Below, piece by piece: positions 35,880 to 45,661 of a DNA stretch of 55,929 nucleotides. Position 1 is the stretch's first letter, and each line of letters begins with the position of its first letter. Source of the stretch: a virus (lineage: Duplodnaviria; Caudoviricetes). The DNA lies in IMG/VR virus record IMGVR_UViG_3300050119_000489, positions 1 to 55,929 of that record; one strand, written 5' to 3'. The notes below the pieces were generated by a model. It was not told the origin of the DNA. It ran no database searches and saw only the letters and a list, made by a program, of their open reading frames with translations. A program made the position numbers and the translations under genes.

Positions 35880-36890
35880 ATGGCAATTTCTTCAGGCGTC
35901 GGGCCGCATTCGGCGTGGCTCTCGATCAATGGCGGAATGTTTCCCATAGAGCACGGCACGGTCGAGCAAACGAGTACGCGCAAGAGTGCGACGTTCTCAG
36001 CTGATATTCCGCTGAATTGGCCTGGTGCTCTCGGCGCGCTCGCCAGCCTCGGCGCGAACACCGCAACGATTATCGTCAACGGGTCGCCACTTATCGTCGG
36101 CGAAATCGACAGCGCCGAGTTTGATCTGATCACTTCGACAATGATCCGCGTTAGCGGACGGGATCAGGGCGCAAAGCTGCACGAAAACAAGACCGCCGAG
36201 AAGTGGACGAACAAACTCGGCTCAGACATCGCAACGGATCTTGCGGGCCGCGTCGGACTCGGCGTGCAGGCCGACTCGAGCATGCTCAAAGCGGGCAAGC
36301 TCGTTAACATCGACTTCGCTAAGCTGACCGACGGCATTTCTTACGCCGCGGCAATTCAAAAGGTCGCCGAACTCGACGGCGCGCGATGGTGGGTAAAGAA
36401 CGGAATTCTTAATTATCAGTCGCAGCAGAACCCGGCCGGCACCTATCCAATCAGCTATAGCGCGGGACCGCCGATTGTCTCTGACGCGCTCAGCTTGCGC
36501 ATCAAGAAGAACATTCAAGCCGGCAAGCAACTGAACGTCACGGTCAAGAGCTGGCATCCGAAGAAGAAGCAAGTCTTCACGGGGCAGGCGCAGGGCGGCG
36601 GCGCTAATGGCGGGTCGCTCAATTACGTCTACCACATTCCGAGCCTCGATCAGGATCACGTCAACCAATACGCGAAGGCAAAGGCGAAGGCGCACTCGCG
36701 CCACGGTACGACAATCGACGCGGAGGTGTGCGGCGATCCTTCGATCGACGTCGCAATGGCCCTCGTGCTCAGCGGCACCGGATACTTCGATGGGCAATAT
36801 CTGATCGACGCGGTGAGCCATAAGTTCGGCATGGGCGGCTATACGATGACGATCACCGCGAAGCTCCCGGGCAGCGATAGCGGCTCGTGA
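35880..36890 (+). CDS. Baseplate hub (GpD-like)
   Basis: SGRD, VKSWH, Y.ID.V.H.F...GY; position. Confidence 0.85.
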   Translation: MAISSGVGPHSAWLSINGGMFPIEHGTVEQTSTRKSATFSADIPLNWPGALGALASLGANTATIIVNGSPLIVGEIDSAEFDLITSTMIRVSGRDQGAKLHENKTAEKWTNKLGSDIATDLAGRVGLGVQADSSMLKAGKLVNIDFAKLTDGISYAAAIQKVAELDGARWWVKNGILNYQSQQNPAGTYPISYSAGPPIVSDALSLRIKKNIQAGKQLNVTVKSWHPKKKQVFTGQAQGGGANGGSLNYVYHIPSLDQDHVNQYAKAKAKAHSRHGTTIDAEVCGDPSIDVAMALVLSGTGYFDGQYLIDAVSHKFGMGGYTMTITAKLPGSDSGS

Positions 36891-37399
36891 ACGAAGACCT
36901 GATTAATCTCATCTATAGGTGCATCGAGCGCTACAACGCCGAACGCTTCACTGAGCGGCACGGCCTGGTCACCGCATACGATCCAAAGACGCACCTCGCA
37001 AAGGTCGCTCTTCAGCCAGAGGGCCAAGAGACTGGCTGGGTTGAGATCGAGACGAATCACATTGGCAACGGGTATGGTTGGGCCGTCGGACTCACGCCAG
37101 GCGATGGCAAGTCTACTGGCGACCAAGTGATTGTACGCTTTCAGGAAGGCGATCTTGAGTCCGGCAAGGTCGTCAAGGTTGTGCATTCGGATCAGGATAA
37201 GCCGCCTGAGGTGCAGGCGGGCGAGGGCGTCCTCTGGCACAAGTGGGGCCAGAAAATCTATTTCAAAAACGATGGCTCGATAACCATCACGGACGGCAAG
37301 GGCGCGACGTGGTTTGGCGACGGCAAAGGCAATATCACTGAGACCGGCAAAGCCATCGCTATCAACAGCACGTCCGGGAACGTCGATATCAATAAATAG
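36887..37399 (+). CDS. Baseplate spike (gpV-like)
   Basis: GLVTAYDP..AKV...ETGW, GDQV.V.F.EGD OB-fold. Confidence 0.88.
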   Translation: MNEDLINLIYRCIERYNAERFTERHGLVTAYDPKTHLAKVALQPEGQETGWVEIETNHIGNGYGWAVGLTPGDGKSTGDQVIVRFQEGDLESGKVVKVVHSDQDKPPEVQAGEGVLWHKWGQKIYFKNDGSITITDGKGATWFGDGKGNITETGKAIAINSTSGNVDINK

Positions 37400-37407
37400 G
37401 GGGTTGT

Positions 37408-37794
37408 ATGAAACGATCAGAAATCCAAAACATCCACATGGCCCTTCTGCGCGTTCAGTCGATTCCGCGCCCGGTGCCGATCAAGTTCGCATACGCTCTC
37501 ACGAAGAATTTGAAGAGCGTGTCTGCGGCCGCAGAGGCGAGCGAAGTCAAGCGTCAGGCGCTGCTTGATGAGCACGTCGCCAAGGACGAGGACGGCAAGC
37601 GCCGCACGACCGAGGACAAAACCAACTATGTCATGATCGACAAGGACGCGTTCGAAGCCGCCTTTAAGGCCGTGCAGGATGAGGACGTCGAAGTCGAGTT
37701 TCACATGATCAAGCTGTCGTCCTTCCCCCCGGAAATTGAGCCGGGTTTCGTCACCGCGCTCTCGCCGCTGATCGACGACTCCGAATTCGTCTAG
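37408..37794 (+). CDS. Hypothetical helical protein
   Basis: KFAYALTKNLK; AGGGGG RBS. Confidence 0.7.
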   Translation: MKRSEIQNIHMALLRVQSIPRPVPIKFAYALTKNLKSVSAAAEASEVKRQALLDEHVAKDEDGKRRTTEDKTNYVMIDKDAFEAAFKAVQDEDVEVEFHMIKLSSFPPEIEPGFVTALSPLIDDSEFV

Positions 37795-37797
37795 GCG

Positions 37798-38058
37798 ATG
37801 GGAACGCCTGTCGCGCGTCTCGGGGATACTTCAACGCACGGCGGCGCAATTATTACGTCGGCTTCTAAGTCGAAGTGTGAAGGGCAGCTGATAGCCCGCG
37901 TCACCGACATTCTCGACTGCCCTATCCATGGCCCAAACCCGATCATAACCGGCTCGCCGAAGTTTCCGACCGAAGGCCAAGACACCGCCCGCACGGGTAG
38001 CGTGTGCCAATGTGGCGCCATCATCATCGGCGGCGCTCAAAAGACGGTGTGTGTATGA
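37798..38058 (+). CDS. PAAR spike-tip protein
   Basis: PVARLGDTSTHGG, IARVTD, TARTGS.C.CGA. Confidence 0.95.
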   Translation: MGTPVARLGDTSTHGGAIITSASKSKCEGQLIARVTDILDCPIHGPNPIITGSPKFPTEGQDTARTGSVCQCGAIIIGGAQKTVCV

Positions 38059-38059
38059 C

Positions 38060-38428
38060 ATGGCCGATCTTTCCCTTGAGTGGACAGACGACTTCGAAGC
38101 CGATGCGACGGGGGATCTGCTTGTCGTCGATGGTGATGTCGAGGTTCGTCAGCGCCTAGAACGACGACTGTTCACTGCAGTCAGAGGTTACGTCTGGCAT
38201 CCCGAATATGGCGCGGGGTTGCCGCAGAAGATCGGCAGCGTCCTTTCGGTCGCACAGATCAAGTCGATTGTGTCGTCGCAACTCGCCCTTGAGGCTTCGG
38301 TGGCCACGAACCCGCCGGCGCAACTGACGGTGACGGCCGATCCGAACGATCTTGGCAATGTCGGGATCGCGATAAAATATTGGGACGCGGTAACCGGCGA
38401 AACGGTCTCATTCACCATCACGTCTTGA
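38060..38428 (+). CDS. Baseplate wedge/sheath initiator (gp25/gpW-like)
   Basis: GDL, QRL.RRL.T, WHPEYGAGL. Confidence 0.85.
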   Translation: MADLSLEWTDDFEADATGDLLVVDGDVEVRQRLERRLFTAVRGYVWHPEYGAGLPQKIGSVLSVAQIKSIVSSQLALEASVATNPPAQLTVTADPNDLGNVGIAIKYWDAVTGETVSFTITS

Positions 38429-38435
38429 GGCCGAA

Positions 38436-39662
38436 ATGCCGACCCTCCCGACGCGGTCATTCGCGACAATCGTTCAAACGCTCGTCGCCGGCGTGCAGGG
38501 GAGGGCCTCAAAGCTTATCAACTTTGCGATAGGCTCGACGTTGCGGGCGATCGCCGAAGGCTTTGCTGGCCTGTTCCTATGGTTCCAATCCCTCGTCCTG
38601 CAGCTGCTCACCGCGATCAGGCTTTCGACATCGCAAGGGACAGACGTCGACACGTTCACCGCTGACTTCATGCCGATCATCCCCGGCAGTCAGACGGCAG
38701 CACTTCCTGGCGGCTCGCCGCGCCTTGGCGCTCAATACGCAAGCGGCCAGGTCACGTTCACCCGGTTCACGGCCGGCGCCTCAACGATCTTCATTCCGGT
38801 CGGCTTTAACGTTCAAACGTCGGACGGCTCGCAAACTTTCGCGGTCACTGGCGATCCGACGCTCGGAACTTACACGCCGGCGATCGGCAACGCGCCCGCT
38901 GGCTATACGATGGCGGCGGGGATTGCCTCGCTTATCGTTCCAGTCGAAGCGCTCGTGCCCGGCTCGGCCGGAAACATTGCTGCCGGCGCGATCAGCGTCA
39001 TCTCGAGCACGGCAAGCGGCGTCAGCCCCGATACCGTGGTCAACAATGCGCCCTTTACCAATGGCGCGGATGAAGAAAGCGACTCAGCGCTTAAGGCCCG
39101 CTTTTCGGCCTATATCCTCGGCCTCTCGCGCGGCGACATTTACGGGCTCGACGCCTCAATCGATGGCACTGCAGTTACCGTTCAATACAAACTGACCGAG
39201 AGCTACAACCTCGATGGCTCTTGGCATCCCGGCTTCTTCTTCGTCGTGGCGGACGATGGCAGCGGCTCACCGTCCGCGGCCTTCTTGCAGATCATCAAGA
39301 ACGCCGTGTGGGCGGTGCGCCCGCTTAGCATTTGGCCGGCCGTCTTTCCGCCGACGATCATATGGGCAGAACCTTCGCTGCAAATTCAGACGGCGCCCGG
39401 ATACGATCACAATACGGTCGTCGGTATTGTCGAAGCCACTATCGTCGAGAATATCAACGCGCTCGGCCTAGGCAACGATCTCGACATAAACCGCCTCGCC
39501 GCATGGGCTTACAGCGTTCCCGGCGTAACGAAGGTGTTGGACGTGCAAATCAATGACGTCTCGGGCGACGGCGGCTCGCTCAATACATGGACGTTAACGC
39601 AAGACGGCCTTTGGAAAATTTACGCCTCGACCATCAAGTGCCAAACTTGCATCGTGAGCTGA
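38436..39662 (+). CDS. Baseplate J-like protein
   Basis: ASGQVTFTR, PG..GN..AG.I, GADEESDSALKARF. Confidence 0.92.
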   Translation: MPTLPTRSFATIVQTLVAGVQGRASKLINFAIGSTLRAIAEGFAGLFLWFQSLVLQLLTAIRLSTSQGTDVDTFTADFMPIIPGSQTAALPGGSPRLGAQYASGQVTFTRFTAGASTIFIPVGFNVQTSDGSQTFAVTGDPTLGTYTPAIGNAPAGYTMAAGIASLIVPVEALVPGSAGNIAAGAISVISSTASGVSPDTVVNNAPFTNGADEESDSALKARFSAYILGLSRGDIYGLDASIDGTAVTVQYKLTESYNLDGSWHPGFFFVVADDGSGSPSAAFLQIIKNAVWAVRPLSIWPAVFPPTIIWAEPSLQIQTAPGYDHNTVVGIVEATIVENINALGLGNDLDINRLAAWAYSVPGVTKVLDVQINDVSGDGGSLNTWTLTQDGLWKIYASTIKCQTCIVS

Positions 39663-39665
39663 TCG

Positions 39666-40430
39666 ATGGCGACCGGCGACAGTGACGACATCCTCGGCCG
39701 CGTAAAGGCCGTCATTCCATTTCGGTGGTTTGCCTACGTCGCGCCGCTTTGCGACGCTGTTCTTGGCGGGCTCTCCGATCTCGGCGCGTGGTGCTACTCG
39801 TTTTATCAGTACGCCGTTCAGCAGTCGCGTATCGCGACGTCGACTGGTCCGTTCCTCGATCTTATCGCCTATGACTTCTTCGGGCGCCTATTGCTCCGCA
39901 ATGGCAGCACCGATTCGGTCTTTCTCACGAAGATTAAGGCGCTCCTCTTTCAAGAGCGTGTGACGCGCGCCGGTATGGTTGGCGTCATCACCGCCCTCGT
40001 CGGCACGCCGCCCGTAATCTTCGAGCCTTGGAACCCTGCCGATGCTGGCGCGTGGGATATGGGCGCAATTGCTTGGCAGGGGCCGAGCGCTGAAAGCCAA
40101 CCCGGCGGCGGCTGGGACGTCGCTGCGGGCTGGGATACGAACGCCAGCGGTTTCGATATTACGCCATCTTCGTCGGAAGGCTCAGGCGGCGCTGGCGGTT
40201 GGGGCGATACGGCCCTTCCTGCGCAATTCCTCATCACCATCAAGCGTCCAGGCCTGCAAGGCATCCCGAACATTTCAGGCTTTGATTCCGGCGGCGGCGG
40301 TTGGGATCAGGGTTCGATCGAGTGGACCGACCCCGACATGGTCGCTGGCCCGGTAACCGATCAGGACATTTACGACGCGATCAACGCGACGCGCCCGACC
40401 GGCACGATCGGTTGGACACAACTCGACTAG
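39666..40430 (+). CDS. Baseplate wedge gpI-like protein
   Basis: QSRIATSTG.FLDLIAYDFFG; GWD/GFD repeats. Confidence 0.8.
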   Translation: MATGDSDDILGRVKAVIPFRWFAYVAPLCDAVLGGLSDLGAWCYSFYQYAVQQSRIATSTGPFLDLIAYDFFGRLLLRNGSTDSVFLTKIKALLFQERVTRAGMVGVITALVGTPPVIFEPWNPADAGAWDMGAIAWQGPSAESQPGGGWDVAAGWDTNASGFDITPSSSEGSGGAGGWGDTALPAQFLITIKRPGLQGIPNISGFDSGGGGWDQGSIEWTDPDMVAGPVTDQDIYDAINATRPTGTIGWTQLD

Positions 40431-40467
40431 CGCCGAAACACATCCGAAAAATTCAGGACTTGCCCGA

Positions 40468-42225
40468 ATGGATAGACCTATCGTCTATGCCGGCGAATTG
40501 CCGCGCTCTGCCGACTTTTTGGGCTTCGCCAAAAGCGCGCTCTATGGCCTCGGCGGACTCGCGCAAGCAGTCCTTGGCGCAAGCACTTGCGTCAGTGGCT
40601 TGCCTTGTGCGCCGACATCACCGGCCTCGCTCCAAGTCACGGTCGGGCAAGGATCGATTTATGAGCAAGAGACGGTCGACGCGACGGCCTACGGCGTCCT
40701 CGGCACGGACACGAATACGATCGTTAAGCAAGGGCTTCTGAATAGCCCTGCAACTCTGACGATCACGCCGCCCTCGACGTCAGGCTACAGCCAGGTCTTT
40801 CTCGTCGAGGCGATCTATAGCGACGTCGACAGCGGCACGACGGTTCTGCCCTATTACAATTCGGCGAACGTTGCGCAGCCGCTTTCCGGCCCGAACAATA
40901 GCGGCACGTCGCAATTTACCGTACGCGGCGGCATTTGCACGATTGCGCTGAAGGCGGGCACCGCGGCGCCAACCGGCTCGCAAACCGCACCGTCGCCCGA
41001 CAGCGGCTACGTGGCGCTCTATTACATTCTCGTCGCCAACGGTCAGAGCACGATCACCTCCGCGAACATCACCGTTGCGAGCGGCGCGCCATTTATCCCT
41101 CTCACGCTTCCGCAAGTCCCGCTCGCCATCCAAGAACAGGCCGGCAATTACGCGGCGGACACGGGTACGGCGAACGCGCTTGCGATTGCTCTGCCGAGCA
41201 CCACGCCGAACCCGCCGCCGGCGGGCATGCCTGTTCGGTTCAAGAAGAGCGCCAGCCCGAACACGACGTCCTCGACGATTGCGATCAACGGCAACAGCCC
41301 AATCAATATTCTTTGGGGCGATGGCAGCTCGGTTATCGGCGGCGACTTGCCGGGCAGCTCCTATTGCGAGACGGTTTCTGACGGGACCAATTTGCGGCTC
41401 ATCGGCCCCCCTGGCCCGACCGTCTTCGCACGCGGCGCGGCGCCTGGCGTCATGGCCGGGCTTCTGCCGACCTTCGGCACGCTGACGAATACCGGCGCGA
41501 CGATATCGGTTTCGGTCGGTGCTGCCGCCGACACGACCTATGCCCGCCTGATGACCCTTGCCTCGACCGCCAATTGGGCGGTGAGCAACGGCAACGCGAT
41601 CAACGGCTATGCCGGCGGCACCACGCTGCCGAACTCGTCGACGATTCACTTCTTCCTTTGCCAAGGCGCAACAGGCGTCGGCGTCTTCGCGTCGACCACG
41701 CTTGCGCCGGCGCTCAGCGCCTTCCCGACGGGCTACAATCTTTATTATCGCCGCATCTTCTCGGCGATCACGAACAGCTCGGGCTCGCTGATCCCTTACA
41801 CCGCGCGCGAAGTCGAAGGCGGCGCGGTGTTCTGCACCTATCAGACGCAGATCCTCGATCTCTCTTCCGTCACGCCGACAACAGTTTCGCGGACCCTTTA
41901 CACGCTCTCCGTGCCGCTTGGCCTCATTGTCGATTGGCAAGGGCTCGGCGCACCTGGCCCCGGCGGCCCAAGCGCGATCACCATCTATATGTCGTCGCCA
42001 GACGAGCCGGATACGGCGGTTGCCTCGGGCGGCACCGGTACAGGCGGCTTCACTGGCGAGACGGCTTACAATGCGGGCCAAGCGAGCGACACGTATTACT
42101 ATGAAGCCATGTTCAGACAGATGCTCACCAACACGAGCGCGCAGATCGGCATGCGCTGCGAAACCGGCGTCACTGGCGAGATCAATGTTTACACGATCGG
42201 CTTCAAAGACTTCAGGAGAAACTAA
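40468..42225 (+). CDS. Tail fibre protein
   Basis: MDRPIVY N-terminal anchor, YAADTGTANA module, Ser/Thr-rich. Confidence 0.88.
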   Translation: MDRPIVYAGELPRSADFLGFAKSALYGLGGLAQAVLGASTCVSGLPCAPTSPASLQVTVGQGSIYEQETVDATAYGVLGTDTNTIVKQGLLNSPATLTITPPSTSGYSQVFLVEAIYSDVDSGTTVLPYYNSANVAQPLSGPNNSGTSQFTVRGGICTIALKAGTAAPTGSQTAPSPDSGYVALYYILVANGQSTITSANITVASGAPFIPLTLPQVPLAIQEQAGNYAADTGTANALAIALPSTTPNPPPAGMPVRFKKSASPNTTSSTIAINGNSPINILWGDGSSVIGGDLPGSSYCETVSDGTNLRLIGPPGPTVFARGAAPGVMAGLLPTFGTLTNTGATISVSVGAAADTTYARLMTLASTANWAVSNGNAINGYAGGTTLPNSSTIHFFLCQGATGVGVFASTTLAPALSAFPTGYNLYYRRIFSAITNSSGSLIPYTAREVEGGAVFCTYQTQILDLSSVTPTTVSRTLYTLSVPLGLIVDWQGLGAPGPGGPSAITIYMSSPDEPDTAVASGGTGTGGFTGETAYNAGQASDTYYYEAMFRQMLTNTSAQIGMRCETGVTGEINVYTIGFKDFRRN

Positions 42226-42734
42226 TGGCCATTGCACTTCTCAATGAAGCTGGCACGGCTGTCGTTTCTCTTTTCGCGCAGCCGCAGGGCGAGAGCGTCG
42301 GCGCTGTCGAAATTGACGACAGCGACGCGCGAGTTCTTGCGTTTATAGCGGCGCAAAACTCAGCGCAGCTCGTTTCCTATGCCATGGCGAAGCAGGCTCT
42401 AATCGCGAACGGCGGCGTTTCGATCAACGTGGCCGCAAGCGGGCCGCCAATCATGGCGTCGGCGGATACGAGCGTAACCGGGCGCGTCGATCTTTCCGGC
42501 GTCTTACAGTCCGCGCAGCTTAATTCCGGTTATACGACCGTATGGGTTCAGACGTCTGGCAATCTCACGCTGAACGCAGCGGCAATTCTCTTGCTCGCGG
42601 TCGGCGTTGGCGCCTTCATCGAAGCAACCTATGCCGCGCTGGCCGGCGTTCTCGCGGCCATCGCAGCCGGGACCGTCACTACCACCGCCGAGATCGACGC
42701 CTTCGCCTCGCCCGCTTGGCCGGCGAATAGCTGA
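42225..42734 (+). CDS. Tail fibre accessory/chaperone (DUF4376-like)
   Basis: Follows the fibre; ends ..AGTVTTTAEID...AWP. Confidence 0.7.
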   Translation: MAIALLNEAGTAVVSLFAQPQGESVGAVEIDDSDARVLAFIAAQNSAQLVSYAMAKQALIANGGVSINVAASGPPIMASADTSVTGRVDLSGVLQSAQLNSGYTTVWVQTSGNLTLNAAAILLLAVGVGAFIEATYAALAGVLAAIAAGTVTTTAEIDAFASPAWPANS

Positions 42735-42738
42735 TCTC

Positions 42739-42942
42739 TTGCAACGCCTCGGCGCTTATCTGATCGCAATTGCGATTGGCTTCGACGTTCTCGTGAATGC
42801 GCTCCTCGGCGGTCGGCAATATCAAACGCTGAGCTGCCGTGTTGGCGAGAGCATCGAGAGCGGCGGCTGGGCTTCGCGCGTGCCGTGGCCTGCATGGTGG
42901 CGCGCGCACTGCATATCGGCGGTTTATCGAACGGTTGTCTGA
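42739..42942 (+). CDS. Small hydrophobic phage protein (start uncertain)
   Basis: DVLVNALLGG..QTLS.R.G...HC motif. Confidence 0.6.
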   Translation: MQRLGAYLIAIAIGFDVLVNALLGGRQYQTLSCRVGESIESGGWASRVPWPAWWRAHCISAVYRTVV

Positions 42943-42954
42943 GCAGAGGCGCAC

Positions 42955-43569
42955 ATGACGAACCTGCTCAATCTGCCGCAGCTCCCGCTCGGCACGGCGA
43001 TAACGCTTGCGTCGAACGACGACTTTCTCGACCAGCTCTACATGCCGGCGCCAGGCTATCCCGGCGGTTCAATCGGCATAACCGGCAATCTTTCTTCATC
43101 GTCGACCACGGTTTCTTCGCCCAGCACGACCAACGGCATTGTGCCGGGCATGCAAGTGGTCGGCGTGGGTATTCTCGCCAATACGACCGTCCTCTCGCTT
43201 TCGCCGCTCGTTCTGAGCAATGAGCCGACGGAAACTCTCAGCGGTGTTGAGCTGACTTTCTTCGCCCCGCCGCTCGATCTTACCGGCATCAGCTTCAAAT
43301 CCGTCTTGCGTTCAAGCGTCATCAGCACGCAAGCGCTGCTCACCATGTCGACGGCAAACGGCATGATGACGAACGGGCTCACCGGCGGTCAGTTCGGTTG
43401 GAACGTGCCGGCCGACGAACTGCCCGAGTGGCCGAACGCGCTTTATAGCGCCGGCACTCTTTCGCTTGTCCTCGACATAGAAGCGGCCGATGCGACGGGC
43501 GCAACGGTCAATCTCTGCAAAGAGTGCGGCCCGATTCCCGTCACCGTAAATTTGGCAGTCACCCGATGA
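42955..43569 (+). CDS. Fibre-anchoring/adaptor-like protein
   Basis: PLDLTG..F motif; precedes the second fibre. Confidence 0.6.
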   Translation: MTNLLNLPQLPLGTAITLASNDDFLDQLYMPAPGYPGGSIGITGNLSSSSTTVSSPSTTNGIVPGMQVVGVGILANTTVLSLSPLVLSNEPTETLSGVELTFFAPPLDLTGISFKSVLRSSVISTQALLTMSTANGMMTNGLTGGQFGWNVPADELPEWPNALYSAGTLSLVLDIEAADATGATVNLCKECGPIPVTVNLAVTR

Positions 43570-45530
43570 CGATAACGATTCCCCCGAATATCGTCCCGGG
43601 CGCGCCGGTTCCTTGCGGCCCAGCGGGCCCGACAGGCGCGCAAGGCCCCGCTGGGGCACAGGGCGCGCAAGGCCCCGCCGGCAGCACCGGGGCCGCTGGC
43701 GCCGCCGGCCATTCGCCTTTTGCTACACCGATTCCTTGGACAGGCCCGGGGCTTGTTTGCGTCGCGAGCGCGCCGGCGACCACGGTTATTTATGCCGACG
43801 CGCTCTATGTCTGCATCAACAATCACACAAGCGGGAGCGTGTTCGACCCGACGCAATGGCAGCTTGTCATTAACTTTCCGTCGGTGCTTTCGACCGCCGT
43901 TGTTTCATATATTAGCCGCACGCCGAACGCGATGCAGGCGAACTCGCTTCTTCAGGTCAGCGGCCAAGACGGCACTGCGGTTCGCGCCGAACTGAACAGC
44001 TATGCCGGCGCCTGCCATTTCGCCGGTATGCGATACGACGGCACGCTCGCTTCCCCGACCGCCGTTCAATCCGCCGATGAACTGTCAACGTTCTCGGCGT
44101 GGGGCTACAATGGCGCCTCGCTGCTCGGCCCGTCGGCCGCAGTTCGTATGTACGCGGCCGAGAATTGGGCGGTAGGGCATCAAGGGACATATCTTCGCTT
44201 CTCGGTGACGCCGATTGCGTCGACCACCCTGACCGACGCAGGCATGGTTGCCAACGATGGCGGCTTGTGCTGGCCGCCGGCCGTCACCGGCGGGAGCCAG
44301 GGCGCAGGAACGGCGAACTTCTCGGCGATCTATATTGCCGGCGCGCTTGTCAGCGCGCATTCCAATTCGAACTTTGCCGGGGATACCGGCTCAGGCGGCA
44401 CGGCCGGCCTTGTCGTCGCCCCGCCGACGGGCTCTGCCGCAGCCAACGAAGTCCTCGGCGCCGGCGGCGCGTGGGTTGGCCCCATGTCGGGCTTCCGCAA
44501 CCGCCTCATCAATGGCGCGATGCTCTTCGACCAAACGAATGCGGGCGGCGCAGTCACGCCATCGTCGAGCCCGGCTTACACGGTCGACCAGTGGCGCCTT
44601 CAGTTCTCGCAAAACTCGAAGATCACCTTTCAGCAATCGACGACCGTTCCCGCCGGCTTCTCAAACAGCCTGAAGCTGACTGTAGCGGCGGCCGTCGCCT
44701 CGCCGGCGGCAACCGACTTCTTCTATATTGAGCAGCCCGTCGAAGGAAATGAAGTCTTCGATCTTGGTTTCGGCACCTCGGGCGCGCTGTCGGTCGCGGT
44801 TTCGTTTTGGGTTCGCTCGTCGGTTACCGGCACCTATACGGCGCGCATTACGAATTCGGCGACCAATCGTTCGTATGTCTTCACGTTCAGCATCGGCACC
44901 GCGAACACCTTCATCAAGATCACCCAGGCGATTCCTGGCGATACCGCTGGCACTTGGCTGACCGGGACGAGCATCGGCCTAACGCTGTCGATTGACCTCG
45001 GCTCGGGCACGAATTTCAACACGACGGCGAGCGCTTGGCAGGCCGGCAATTTCACGAAGACTTCCGCCGCGGTTCAATGGATCAAGACGGCGAGCGCCAC
45101 CTTCTATTTGACCGGCGTGCAGCTTGAAGCGGGGATCTCGGCGACGCCGTTCGAAATGATCCCGATGTTCGTCGGCCTGCAAAGATGCCAGCGCTTCTTG
45201 CAGAATACCTATGGGCCAGGCGTCGCCGCCGGGGCCGCAACGCACACCGGCATGGTGAGCGCTGGCTTCATTGTTCCGAGCTTTGCTCAAAGCGTATCGG
45301 TTAATCTTGCCGCGCCCATGCGCGTCGCGCCGACGATTTCCTATTGGGATGGTGCGGGCAACGCGAGCAAGGTTTCGGTTACGCCTTCCGCGTCGCTAAC
45401 CTTCGTCGACAACGAGGTAATAGGCATTGCGCCGACGAACATCAGTCCGACTGGGTTTCAAATGGTGCCATCCATCGGGACCAACTATTATTCGACATTT
45501 CTTCATTATCAGGCGAGCGCGCAGTTCTAA
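43566..45530 (+). CDS. Second fibre protein with collagen-like segment
   Basis: (Gxy)10 at 43617-43709; YVC...HTSG..FD...W; FRNRLING; GVQLEAG..ATPFE...CQR. Confidence 0.8.
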   Translation: MTITIPPNIVPGAPVPCGPAGPTGAQGPAGAQGAQGPAGSTGAAGAAGHSPFATPIPWTGPGLVCVASAPATTVIYADALYVCINNHTSGSVFDPTQWQLVINFPSVLSTAVVSYISRTPNAMQANSLLQVSGQDGTAVRAELNSYAGACHFAGMRYDGTLASPTAVQSADELSTFSAWGYNGASLLGPSAAVRMYAAENWAVGHQGTYLRFSVTPIASTTLTDAGMVANDGGLCWPPAVTGGSQGAGTANFSAIYIAGALVSAHSNSNFAGDTGSGGTAGLVVAPPTGSAAANEVLGAGGAWVGPMSGFRNRLINGAMLFDQTNAGGAVTPSSSPAYTVDQWRLQFSQNSKITFQQSTTVPAGFSNSLKLTVAAAVASPAATDFFYIEQPVEGNEVFDLGFGTSGALSVAVSFWVRSSVTGTYTARITNSATNRSYVFTFSIGTANTFIKITQAIPGDTAGTWLTGTSIGLTLSIDLGSGTNFNTTASAWQAGNFTKTSAAVQWIKTASATFYLTGVQLEAGISATPFEMIPMFVGLQRCQRFLQNTYGPGVAAGAATHTGMVSAGFIVPSFAQSVSVNLAAPMRVAPTISYWDGAGNASKVSVTPSASLTFVDNEVIGIAPTNISPTGFQMVPSIGTNYYSTFLHYQASAQF

Positions 45531-45605
45531 TCGCAATTCTTGGATCTCGTCGTCGTATTCTCCCAGAATGCCATCGACATGGCATGCTCGGCGCCACCGC
45601 TAACC

Positions 45606-45634
45606 AAGCCGCTCCTCTGGGCGGCTTTTTTGTT
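45606..45634 (+). terminator. Intrinsic terminator
   Basis: AAGCCGCTC-CTCT-GGGCGGCTT followed by TTTTGTT. Confidence 0.85.
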
Positions 45635-45661
45635 GACTAATCCTCAAGCAAGGACTCCGCG

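Noticed and set aside
28797-39662. T6SS, tailocin or eCIS
   Set aside because: Sheath, PAAR and baseplate are joined to capsid, portal, terminase and replication genes of a complete phage
40780-42237. 485-aa minus-strand ORF (also 18415-19380 and 26821-27840)
   Set aside because: Arg-rich antisense shadows of high-GC genes with no motifs
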